DNA of 62,983 nt, counting the filler, from Octopus bimaculoides (lineage: Eukaryota), in NCBI RefSeq assembly GCF_001194135.2. It is 6 parts of 6 records of this genome, joined end to end, with 100 filler letters (N's around TTAATTAATTAA, not from the genome) between each part and the next. Parts side by side here need not be neighbours in the genome. Positions count along the whole stretch, not along the records: positions 29,248 to 38,918 come from NC_068997.1; positions 39,019 to 41,097 come from NW_026419390.1; positions 41,198 to 46,466 come from NC_068994.1; positions 46,567 to 60,555 come from NC_068987.1; 2 more parts are not named here. One strand, written 5' to 3'. Under the pieces are notes generated by a model, which saw nothing but the letters and a program-made list of their open reading frames with translations, ran no database searches and was not told the origin of the DNA. Position numbers and translations under genes: made by a program. Shown one piece after another: positions 36,567 through 47,413 of this stretch (the first letter of the stretch is position 1; the number at the start of each line of letters is the position of its first letter).

Positions 36567-37003
36567 TACAGGGTGGCCACTGAAAAACTGAAGGGTTTGA
36601 AAAAGTAATAACTTGTTCGTTTACGATCTTTTTTCTTTTCTTTTGATTTTCGTTATAGAACATCCCTTGCAGATTAAAAATGGCTACGTATAATGTCCAG
36701 CAACGAGTAAAACCCATTGATATTTTCTGTTTTAGTAAAAGATGAATTATTCAAACTCAGAGAAAATACCGAGCTACAGTGTTATTTTTAACTGTAGAAT
36801 TCAAATTAGAAACTACAATAAAAAAGATGGTGTGTTGACTATTGGTTACAAAATTCCCTGGGATGGAAAAAATTGAAGGCTTGTAAGAACATTTTTCTCA
36901 AAGAGATGGAGAAATTCGAAGTATTATTGATTTGGTATAATGGTAAAACGTCTGTCATGTTTACAAAGAATGTAACTTCAAATACCATGAGTAGCCTTCT
37001 GCT
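36567..37003 (+). mobile_element. Tc1/mariner-superfamily deletion derivative (DUF4817-type N-terminus)
   Basis: Starts TA-CAGGGTGGCCAC (TIR-like); ATG at 36680 gives MATYNVQQRVKPIDIF...IIQTQRKYR with a stop; degenerate right end near 36995. Confidence 0.55.
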
Positions 37004-37944
37004 TTTCCATTAAAAAGGGTTTTAACCCGATATTTATACTGTATTGCTTATAAATTTTTCTATTTCATGTTTCACTATTAAAAAAATATGTATTTATATA
37101 CACATACGCAAACGTCTGTCTGAGCAAGACTTCATATTATATATNNNNNNNNNNNNNNNNNNNNNNNNNNNNNNNNNNNNNNNNNNNNNNNNNNNNNNNN
37201 NNNNNNNNNNNNNNNNNNNNNNNNNNNNNNNNNNNNNNNNNNNNNNNNNNNNNNNNNNNNNNNNNNNNNNNNNNNNNNNNNNNNNNNNNNNNNNNNNNNN
37301 NNNNNNNNNNNNNNNNNNNNNNNNNNNNNNNNNNNNNNNNNNNNNNNNNNNNNNNNNNNNNNNNNNNNNNNNNNNNNNNNNNNNNNNNNNNNNNNNNTAT
37401 ATATATATATATATATGTACGTACATACATATACTTATGTACATATGTGTGTGTATATGTACACAGATATCTCGAAAGTAGACACCGCTTATTATACCGT
37501 TTTATGAGTGTGAACTCTACTTATTAGAACAATGCACAAAACGATGAAATCTTTGAAGACTGCATAAGGCATGTCTGCTAAATGCTAGATTCATCATTTA
37601 AATACACCAAATGACAATTACTTTTGTTCTTAGAAATGTTTCAAAACTAAGAGCGTCTACTTATTTTGGAGACGTTGGTGCATAAACTAACAAACGTGTG
37701 TGTGAATGTGTGTGTGGTGGAGTGATGACGCCCTGTGAAATTAACTTATGCTTGCCGGAAGATTAGCGAAATTTAAACGCACAGTCAAACAGATTAATCG
37801 GTTTAAAAATATAAATGAAATAAACTTCCTGGCAATTTATGGATATTTATCAATAATTGTCGGTTTATTTTCCTGTCTTTTCTCTCTTTTTGTTCCTTCT
37901 TTCCATTTCTTTTCTTTTATCCACTCTCTCCCACTCCGTAAGTA

Positions 37945-38385
37945 GATTGTGTGGTAAGTAGCTTGCTTACCAACAACATGGTTCTGGGTTCAGTCCCACC
38001 ACGTGGCACCTTCGGCACGTGTCGACCAAAGCCTTGTGAGTGGACTTGGTAGACGGAAATTGAAAGAAGACGCTCCTATATANNNNNNNNNNNNNNNNNN
38101 NNNNNNNNNNNNNNNNNNNNNNNNNNNNNNNNNNNNNNNNNNNNNNNNNNNNNNNNNNNNNNNNNNNNNNNNNNNNNNNNNNNNNNNNNNNNNNNNNNNN
38201 NNNNNNNNNNNNNNNNNNNNNNNNNNNNNNNNNNNNNNNNNNNNNNNNNNNNNNNNNNATATATATATATATATATATACACATATATATTTGTGTGTTT
38301 GTGTTTGTCCCTCCCCCCAACATCACTTGACAACCGATGCTGGTGTGTCTACGTCCCCGTCACTTAGAGATTCGGCAAGAACCAT
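37945..38385 (+). mobile_element. SINE family B spanning an N gap
   Basis: Head GTGTGGTAAGTAGCTTGC...GGTTCAGTCCCACC before the gap; CTTGACAACCGATGCTGG after it. Confidence 0.8.
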
Positions 38386-38600
38386 TAATTATGGTCTTCC
38401 ACCATGGTCACGGCTAGACTAAAGCCTTCTAAGTGGATTTGGTAGATGGAGACTGAAAGAAGCCCATAGACTCTGTCATGGTCAATGCGACGATCACACG
38501 CTACACACGCTACACACGTTCGTTCGAAGCACTAGTCGAAAGCAATCGGCTCCAGTGCTTGTTTATGGCAAGCCTGGCATTGATTCTATCGGTCTCTCTT

Positions 38601-38640
<40 letters not shown>

Positions 38641-38918
38641 ACTATCGCCTTTTCTCCCAGTCTCCTCCAACCTCTCTTTCTCTCTCTCTCTCTCTCTTTG
38701 TATGTGTATATATGTGTGCGTGTCTGTGTGTGCGTGTGCGCGTGTGCGCGTGAGTGTGAGTGTGTGTGTGTATGTGTGGGTGTGTGTGTGTGTGTATGTG
38801 TGTGTGTGTGTATAACGGAGATATATCTACAAGTGAGACATAGCTGTATCTCATGTCACAATGTCACTTTTCCCACACTCATCTCCTGATGTTCTTGTCT
38901 GCTTTACAGCGAGCATGT

Positions 38919-39018
38919 NNNNNNNNNNNNNNNNNNNNNNNNNNNNNNNNNNNNNNNNNNNNTTAATTAATTAANNNNNNNNNNNNNNNNNNNNNNNNNN
39001 NNNNNNNNNNNNNNNNNN
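38919..39018. other. Assembly spacer: 44 N + TTAATTAATTAA + 44 N
   Basis: Linker at 38963-38974. Confidence 0.97.
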
Positions 39019-39316
39019 CCGACCAAAACCTTGTGAGTGGATTTGGTAGACGGAGACTGAAAGAAGCTTGTTATATATATATATATATAGATATGTGCGT
39101 GTGTGTTTGTGCGCCTGTGTCTGTCCCACCACCATCGCTTGACAACCGATGCTGGCGTGTTTACATCCCCGTAACTTAGTGGTCCGGCAAAAGAGACCGA
39201 TAGAATAAGTACTAGGCTTCCAAAGAATAAGTCCTGGGGTTGATTTGCTCGACTAAAGGCAGTGCTCCAGCATGGCCACAGTCAAATGACTGAAACAAGT
39301 AAAAGAGAGTAAAAGA
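39019..39316 (+). mobile_element. SINE family B (5' end cut by spacer)
   Basis: Near-consensus body with internal (TA)/(TG) microsatellite and (TAAAAGAG)n tail. Confidence 0.9.
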
Positions 39317-39346
39317 GTACATATATATATATATACACATATACAC

Positions 39347-39400
39347 GATGGGCTTCTTTCAGTTTCCATCTACCAAATCCACTCACAAGGCTTTGGTTGG
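39347..39400 (-). mobile_element. SINE family B fragment, inverted relative to 39019
   Basis: 39352-39400 is the reverse complement of 39019-39067 at 45/49 positions. Confidence 0.85.
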
Positions 39401-39519
39401 CTTTGGTGAAGCTAAAGTAGTGTTGCGAAATGAACTTCTTAATCACAACAACTATGGCTGTGTTTATGTGTGTGATTGTGTGTGTGTGTGTCCTAGGTTT
39501 TAGCATGCCATATCTTTGT

Positions 39520-39612
39520 GTCCTGTAAGAGGCAATTAAAAGGTGTTGCCAGCAGGAAGGCCATCCAGCCATAGAACTGCTTCAACATGTCCAATCCCAC
39601 TCATGCCAGCAT
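39520..39612 (+). mobile_element. RTE-type retroelement/SINE 3' tail fragment
   Basis: GTTGCCAGCAGGAAGGCCATCCAGCCATAGAA...CCAATCCCACTCATGCCAGCAT; inverted relative at 40505-40650. Confidence 0.55.
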
Positions 39613-39775
39613 ATTTATATTTAAGTCATTAATAGTCCAGCTAGAAGCAGCTGACTGTAGCAAAGGCAAACAAACCGCAATTGATTTAACAAACCAATTC
39701 CTCCTGTTTGTGCCAGCATTGCAAAGTGAATGTATGCAAGATTTGTGTATTTCTGTGTCTGTGTAAATGTGTGTG
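39612..39775 (+). repeat. Local direct repeat copy 1 (~165 bp; copy 2 at 40920-41080)
   Basis: AGTCATTAATAGTCCAGCTAGAAGCAGC...GCAATTGATTTAACAAA...TTTGTGTATTTCTGTGTCTGTGT present twice. Confidence 0.9.
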
Positions 39776-39789
39776 TGTATTTCATAAAT

Positions 39790-39850
39790 ACATGAGGAGG
39801 GTGCTGAAAAGTTCCCGGCTTTGGATAAAAGAAAATACAGGACGATTAAT
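39790..39850 (+). mobile_element. Isolated mariner-type TIR/left end
   Basis: GAGGAGGGTGCTGAAAAGTTCCCGGCTTT; related motif GAGAGTGGGCTGAAAAGTTCAT at ~56077. Confidence 0.45.
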
Positions 39851-40475
39851 TGATAAATAACAACCAGCATTTACTGATGAAAGGACTCAATACTGGGTGT
39901 TGAGACAAACTTGACAAGCAAACTCTGTTATATATATATATATATATATATATATATNNNNNNNNNNNNNNNNNNNNNNNNNNNNNNNNNNNNNNNNNNN
40001 NNNNNNNNNNNNNNNNNNNNNNNNNNNNNNNNNNNNNNNNNNNNNNNNNNNNNNNNNNNNNNNNNNNNNNNNNNNNNNNNNNNNNNNNNNNNNNNNNNNN
40101 NNNNNNNNNNNNNNNNNNNNNNNNNNNNNNNNNNNNNNNNNNNNNNNNNNNNNNNNNNNNNNNNNNNNNNNNNNNNNNNNNNNNNNNNNNNNNNNNNNNN
40201 NNNNNNNNNNNNNNNNNNNNNNNNNNNNNNNNNNNNNNNNNNNNNNNNNNNNNNNNNNNNNNNNNNNNNNNNNNNNNNNNNNNNNNNNNNNNNNNNNNNN
40301 NNNNNNNNNNNNNNNNNNNNNNNNNNNNNNNNNNNNNNNNNNNNNNNNNNNNNNNNNNNNNNNNNNNNNNNNNNNNNNNNNNNNNNNNNNNNNNNNNNNN
40401 NNNNNNNNNNNNNNNNNNNNNNNNNNNNNNNNNNNNNNNNNNNNNNNNNNNNNNNNNNNNNNNNNNNNNNNNNNN

Positions 40476-40504
<29 letters not shown>

Positions 40505-40510
<6 letters not shown>

Positions 40511-40650
40511 TCTACATCATCATTGTTGTTTTTTAAGTCCAAATTTCCATGCTAGCATGGGTTGGACGTGACTAGTTGAGGCAAGATTTTTATGGTTGGA
40601 TGCCCTTCCTGATGGCAACCCTGCTTTAATTGCCTCTTACAGTACACAGA
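40505..40650 (-). mobile_element. RTE-type retroelement/SINE 3' tail (antisense) with (GAT)n end
   Basis: CCATGCTAGCATGGGTTGGAC...TGGATGCCCTTCCTG. Confidence 0.65.
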
Positions 40651-40919
40651 GAAATGGTGTGCTGAAAACCAGGACACACACACACACACACACGTAAACA
40701 GGCACACACACACACACACATACACATGCATGCATCTCTGTGTGTATATGTTTAAATACATCCCAATGACTGTAAGGTTAATCTCCTGCTGGTCACATGG
40801 TTTTATGTGAGTCATTACGTTGTAACTCCTGGGGCAATATAGCTTAATTTTCCGCAGCCATAGCTACTACTACTACTACTACTACTACTGCTGCTACTGC
40901 TGCTACTTCTACAGCATTT

Positions 40920-41080
40920 TATGTATATTTGAGTCATTAATAGTCCAGCTAGAAGCAGCCGGCTGTAGCAAAAGGAAACAAACAGCAATTGATTTAACAA
41001 ATCAGCCCCTCCTGTCCATGGCAGCATGGCAAAGGGAATGTATGGAAAATTTGTGTATTTCTGTGTCTGTGTGTATATAT
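40920..41080 (+). repeat. Local direct repeat copy 2
   Basis: See 39612-39775. Confidence 0.9.
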
Positions 41081-41097
41081 ATATGTGTGTGTGTGTG

Positions 41098-41197
41098 NNN
41101 NNNNNNNNNNNNNNNNNNNNNNNNNNNNNNNNNNNNNNNNNTTAATTAATTAANNNNNNNNNNNNNNNNNNNNNNNNNNNNNNNNNNNNNNNNNNNN
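41098..41197. other. Assembly spacer: 44 N + TTAATTAATTAA + 44 N
   Basis: Linker at 41142-41153. Confidence 0.97.
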
Positions 41198-41947
41198 GCA
41201 AAACTGTTTAGCAACAGATCGCCAGCAATTGCTTCATCACAAATTGCCATCCTAGCTCCTGTGAAATGGGATTACCCTGCTATGTATAATCAAGGCAGCG
41301 CAAAAAGTTTGTATAGCCAATTAGACGGATGAAATTTACGTACGCTTAATAATGTTACGCAAAACAGCCTTCAGACTATCCCTATTAATTTCATCGTCTT
41401 TTGAATTATGAACATATTTGCATCATAAGGGTTTTTTCGTTGTAAGGCTTTCTTTTTTAGTTGATTTTCACCTAGCAAGACTTATCGTAGATGGCGTAAT
41501 AAGTCACACACGGACAAGGTCGGGTTATACTGCTAGTGTTCTCATATATTTATGAGAACTTTTAAATATTTCAGTACTAAATAACCCATTAATTATAATT
41601 GCTTTTCCTATAATCTAACAGCATACTTTTTCTAAGAAATGTTTAGCATATTTAATTGTCGTGAAGTGGAATTTCTATGTTTCTAATTGTGGTGACGTAG
41701 AATTCCTGTTTACTTTTTATTTTTTCGTTATCTACTGACGTCGTCAAATGTTAGATATTGAACTGGGTTTTCTTAGAATACTAGTTCACCTATGTCGTCA
41801 AAAATGCCGACAATTTTATTAACGATAGAAAACGATGCATCAACACATTGATAAATAGCAGCAATCTAGTAACTATATGTACATACACACATGCATACAC
41901 ACACACACACATACACACACACACATATATATATATACATTATATAT

Positions 41948-42090
41948 GACGGGCTTCTTTCAGTTTCCGTCTACCAAATCCACTCACAAAACTTTGGTCG
42001 GCCCGGGACTGCAGCAAAAGACATTCCCCAAAGTTGCAGCGCAGTTGGGCTAAATCTGGAACTATATATGGTTGGGAATTAAACTTCTTA
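41948..42090 (-). mobile_element. SINE family B head (antisense)
   Basis: GACGGGCTTCTTTCAGTTTCCGTCTACCAAATCCACTCACAA. Confidence 0.85.
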
Positions 42091-42523
42091 CCTCACATAC
42101 ATACATCCATCCATCCAACCATACATACATACATACATACATACATACATAGATGCATACACGCATGCATGCAACCATACATACATATACGCACATATAT
42201 GTACATGCATACATACACATACACTCCACTCATGCACACATATACACACCCAATATATAGACATACACATTCACTATATAAGTGCATTAAATACCTACAC
42301 AACAATATAACATAATCCATAAATATATCATGTACTAGTAAACTATCAGCACTAAACTGAGATAGAAAAATAACAAACCGCTGCCATGTTGTATTTATTA
42401 TTAAAAACTACATACCTCTCGCTTACCAGTGGCTAATCGTCGTAATGTCTATATTATAATACACTTGTTGCCTGCAAACTACTTAGATATTATAAATCTT
42501 TATGTCAGATATTTAACTATACT

Positions 42524-42738
42524 AAGTTGGTGAGCTGGCAGAAACGTTAGCACACCGGGCGAAATGCTTAGCGCTATTTCGTCTGTCTTTACGTTCTAAG
42601 TTCAAATTCCGCCGAGGTCGACTTTGCCTTTCATCCTTTCAGGATCGATGAATTAAGTACCAGTTGCGTACTGGGGTCGATCTAATCGACTGGCCCCCTC
42701 CCCCAAAAACTTCGGGTCTTGTGCCTAGGGTAGAAAAG
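42524..42738 (+). mobile_element. Full-length SINE family A with TSD
   Basis: TSD GATATTTAACTAT at 42508-42520 and 42739-42751; near-consensus body. Confidence 0.93.
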
Positions 42739-42984
42739 GATATTTAACTATGCTGTTACATCTCCATAAGTATCTCACTCGAAACACAGGTAATTGGTCA
42801 GAACTTAGCTCCATGAGGAAGATATATTTCTGTTTAATTTGGGCATTCAGTACAGTTACGATTCGATGTTTGCAACAAAAATGTTCCAAACATGTTAAAA
42901 TTAAACACTGATGATTGAGACTTAACACTCAAACACGGACACAAAGATACATACATATATGTGACGTGATATGATATGCATTGT

Positions 42985-43367
42985 GGAGGCGCAATGACCC
43001 AGTGGTTAGGGCAGCGGACTCGCGGTCATAGGATCGCGGTTTCGATTCCTAGACCGGGCATCGTGAGTGTTTATTGAGCGAAAACGCCTAAAGCTCCACG
43101 AGGCTCCGACAGGGGATGGTGGCGAACCCTGCTGTACTCTTTCACCACAACTTTCTCTCACTCTTACTTCCTGTTTCTGTTGTGTCTGAAATTCAAAGGG
43201 TCAGCCTTGTCACACTGTGTCACGCTGAATCTCCCCGAGAACTACGTTAAGGGTACACGTGTCTGTAGAGTGCTCAGCCACTTGCACGTTAATTTCACGA
43301 GCAGGCTGTTCCCTTGATCGGATCAACTGGAACCCTCGACGTCGTAAGCGACGGAGTGCCAACAAAA
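42985..43367 (+). mobile_element. Full-length tRNA(Arg)-like-headed SINE (family C) with TSD
   Basis: A/B-box head (CCCAGTGGTTAG; GGTTTCGATTCC); TSD ATGATATGCATTGT (42971-42984) / ATGATATGTATTGT (43368-43381). Confidence 0.92.
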
Positions 43368-43996
43368 ATGATATGTATTGTAAACACTAATTTTCAACGA
43401 CGGAATACGAACCAAACAACTATCGGGTACAAATTCAGCGAATTACCGTCCATATCTAGAGAGAGAAATGACTACATTACAACAAGAAATGAAATAACAA
43501 AAATATATAAAATAAAAAATAAGGAAATGAAGAAAATAAGAAATAAAAAAAAAATTAAACCTAATTCAAAGAAGATTTTTCTTGTTGAAGTGAAACAATG
43601 GAAGTTTTTATTTCTCTTTGCACTCACTTGAAGGTAATGAACGATAAGGACGCCAGTTAAAGGTAATGGGTGATAAGGGCGCCACAGGCTCATTCAGTGC
43701 CGATATTTTTCCTACTACACATCATAAAATCCCATCCATTGCTTTTGATACCTTATCTGATGCCGTCACATACGTCTCTAGTCAAAAGTTATACACATAT
43801 ACATTTATCAGGCATATACAGACGCGCACANNNNNNNNNNTTCCCCTTTCAACTGGATGTGTTTGTGTGTATGTGTGTGTGTGTGTGTGTGTGCGTATGT
43901 GTGTGATGAATGAGCAAAAACAGGAAAAAACACAAGAAGGCCAATTTTTCATAGAGGTACTATTATTCTAATGTTTGAAAGGAAAGGTAAAAAGCA

Positions 43997-44030
43997 TCTG
44001 ACGTTTCAGACGTTAGTCCTTCATCAGAAA
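43997..44030 (-). ncRNA. Minimal type I hammerhead ribozyme motif (Penelope-terminus type)
   Basis: Minus strand TTT-CTGATGA-A-GGAC-TAAC-GTCT-GAAA-C-GTC-AGA: intact CUGAUGA and GAAA cores, 4-bp helix II, palindromic ACGU helix III, GUC triplet. Confidence 0.7.
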
Positions 44031-44096
44031 AACGAAAAATTAAACTGGTGGAAAGGAAACAATACGAAAAAGAGAGAGAAGTACTCCCGCTTGTTA

Positions 44097-44141
<45 letters not shown>

Positions 44142-44435
44142 ATGATGGTGGTGACGATGGTAACAATACCAGAAATGATAAAAGATTAAAATATCAAAGT
44201 TAATAATAATTACGACAACAATAATATTAAGTACACATGTACTGTTGGTGCTTTTATCCTTCTTTGAACTCTTCCGTTTCCCTTTCTGACGAAACATCAA
44301 CGACTCTCTCTTCTTATCGAGCGTCAAACTAATACATTCCACGTACGCGTCTTGCTTATTATTACTTTTAATGTTCGTTAGATAGATAGATAGATACATA
44401 CATACATACATACGTACATAATACATATACATATA

Positions 44436-44468
<33 letters not shown>

Positions 44469-44634
44469 NNNNNNNNNNNNNNNNNNNNNNNNNNNNNNNN
44501 NNNNNNNNNNNNNNNNNNNNNNNNNNNNNNNNNNNNNNNNNNNNNNNNNNNNNNNNNNNNNNNNNNNNNNNNNNNNNNNNNNNNNNNNNNNNNNNNNNNN
44601 NNNNNNNNNNNNNNNNNNNNNNNNNNNNNNNNNN

Positions 44635-44666
<32 letters not shown>

Positions 44667-44757
44667 CTCTTTAATTGAAATAAAGTTTCCCAAAATTAAA
44701 GGTGTCTAAATATAATAAATGTGAATGTCAGTGAGTAACACTTTTTCAACTTTAATA

Positions 44758-44972
44758 AATCCTTTCCACTGGAAGAACAAAGCCTCAAATTTTGTGGGAA
44801 GGGATTAAGTGGATTACATCAACTCCAGTACGTAACTGGCATTAATTTTATCGACCCCGAAAGGATAAAAGGCAAAGATGACCTGGTGGAATTCGAACTC
44901 AAAACCTAATGGTAGGCGAAGTATAGTTAACCATTTCGCCGGGCGCGCTAACGATTCTACCAGATCGCTGTC
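44758..44972 (-). mobile_element. SINE family A (antisense)
   Basis: TTTTATCGACCCCGAAAGGATAAAAGGCAAAG...CATTTCGCCGGGCGCGCTAACG is the reverse complement of the family A core and head. Confidence 0.88.
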
Positions 44973-45384
44973 TTAACGCAATATTATAATATAACATAAT
45001 ATAATAAATGTGAATGTCAGCGTGTTAGCGTGTCACACTTTTTCAACTCTAATTCCAAAGGCCGTAGCTCAACATATACCATTTTGGAATCAGGCTGGCT
45101 CTGTGAGTAAATTTAAAATATTCCGGGCCGAATCTGGATTCACAGTCCTGAAATTTTGGATTCCCAAGTTTCCATTACTGTGATTGTTTTCGGCAGTTTT
45201 TTTACGAGACTTTTTGCGACAAATTTTTTGTACGACAATCTATAATTTAAAGGCTAACTCCGTGAGTAAATTAAAAACATTCCGGGCTGAAACAAGACCT
45301 GCAATCTTGGAATTTTGGATTCCTACGTTTTCATTACTGCGATTGTCTTCAGCGATTTTTTTTTACATGATTTTCTTTGCAAAC

Positions 45385-45730
45385 GAATATGATCATCCTT
45401 GGGATATGACTCTGGAAGAAGCAATTGCAATAGATTCTCCAAAACAAGTCAGAGATTTGTTTGCAGATCTTCAAATTCGGGGTCAGTTGTTTAAAAGCTA
45501 TATACTAGCTCAAAAGCGAAGTCTTAATTCGCTATTTGGAAACAATTACGATAAATTACTGAAATGTTGAATTCTGCAACTCTGTTAACTTTATTAAGTA
45601 TGTTTGCAAATCTATAAACAAAGGTTCAGATGCTGCAACATATACTCTTATGCAGAATGGCAGTCAGCAGATAAATACAAATGATGAGGATGCACAGTAT
45701 GACAGAGGAAGATACATCAGTATCCACAGT
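45385..45730 (+). pseudogene. Helitron Rep/helicase fragments (rearranged)
   Basis: 45385-45467 EYDHPWDMTLEEAIAIDSPKQVRDLFA; 45563-45730 NVEFCNSVNFIKYVCKSINKGSDAA...DEDAQYDRGRYIS, matching the Helitron HINVE.CNS..IKY..KY..KG.D Rep motif. Confidence 0.8.
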
Positions 45731-45789
45731 ATATTACAGGTGAATGTATGGCTGGGTGCCTATAAATATGTATTTATGTATATACATGC

Positions 45790-45834
<45 letters not shown>

Positions 45835-46223
45835 CAGATAGATCTACACGCACAAATATTGCGTGTGTGTGTGTGTGTGTGTGTGTGTGCACGCGCGCCG
45901 AAATTATGAGATGCCAGCACTGCATTTTAACAGTGGTCAACATAATCATTAACTGACCCAGATACTCCACTGCTAATATTATATGTGTGTAAAAGTGTTT
46001 CTGAGATGATAGTAGTGAGCTGAAGTTAAGTGGTAGTTGTAGACATGATAGTCTACAGAATACTATCCGTTAATGTTGTTTCACATCACCTTGGCATTGT
46101 ATCCGAATTCCGCTTCCAATTACGAAGATATGGTTCGAAACTCACGAATCCCGGCAGATCAGTTAGGTGAAACTGAGCAACTGTTTGTAAAATATTCAAC
46201 TTCACTAAAACACTATTTACGTC

Positions 46224-46466
46224 TGTGGTATGACGTCAGTGTCTGGGGAGGCTGACCGGAAGGGCGAGTTGACCGGAAGAGGAAAAAGGGCAGAGGGAGC
46301 CTCGATCGGTATTCGTGCCCTTTTCGAACGGGGTCGTGGTCAGGACAAGACGTGTTAAGCGACGGTCTAGGTTTGGGAGAAGCAGCTGCTATTCCTGGTG
46401 TTCTTTGGGTCGGGGCAAGCTTCAAGGATTGGATACTGCAAGACAGACTCGCAGTCGACGAAAGGA
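46224..46466 (+). promoter_or_regulatory. GC-rich promoter-like island (CRE + two ETS sites) or LTR start
   Basis: TGACGTCA at 46231-46238; TGACCGGAAG twice (ACCGGAAG at 46255 and 46272); about 60% GC in the first 100 bp by manual count. Confidence 0.4.
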
Positions 46467-46566
46467 NNNNNNNNNNNNNNNNNNNNNNNNNNNNNNNNNN
46501 NNNNNNNNNNTTAATTAATTAANNNNNNNNNNNNNNNNNNNNNNNNNNNNNNNNNNNNNNNNNNNN
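46467..46566. other. Assembly spacer: 44 N + TTAATTAATTAA + 44 N
   Basis: Linker at 46511-46522. Confidence 0.97.
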
Positions 46567-46602
<36 letters not shown>

Positions 46603-46768
46603 ACATATACACAGACATATCTTATACATACTGTAGTGATCATTTGCCATCACTTTTAGTGACGCCATAATCACCAGCAACTGGAGACATCGTAAGTTAA
46701 ACATACGCCATTCATTTCCTCCATTTTGTGCTAAGTTAATTGTGTTAAATGATGAAATAACAACCCCT

Positions 46769-46807
<39 letters not shown>

Positions 46808-47199
46808 CCAACAACAACAACAACAACAACAACAACAGCGGTAACAACAGCGGTAACAACATGTATAACAACAGCAAGAAACCCCCCAATAATATCCGTA
46901 GCAAAGTTTCCAAGTAACTAATGAAACTGGAAACAAGTGAAAGGACATAAACAACAATAAGAGGGCAAACAACAACAACGACGACTTCAGCATGAACATT
47001 GAAAACAAGTATAACAATAATAAAGCCAATAAGACCCTTAACAATAACAGCAACAAAAATTAAAGTAATATGAGCGACAAAATGAAAACCATAAACGTGG
47101 AAGCAGAAAAATCAAAAGAACAGGAATTGGAAGGTATTATATGACATCATGAATCGTGTGAGGGGCTGGTATAAGTAACGTAGATAGGGTGGATATGTA

Positions 47200-47246
<47 letters not shown>

Positions 47247-47271
47247 NNNNNNNNNNNNNNNNNNNNNNNNN

Positions 47272-47315
<44 letters not shown>

Positions 47316-47366
47316 GTACATACACACATATACATACATACATATACATAAATATATATATATATT

Positions 47367-47413
<47 letters not shown>

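Noticed and set aside
43666-43971. MGDKGATGS collagen-like start
   Set aside because: Only two to three Gly-X-Y triplets, then non-coding and microsatellite sequence.
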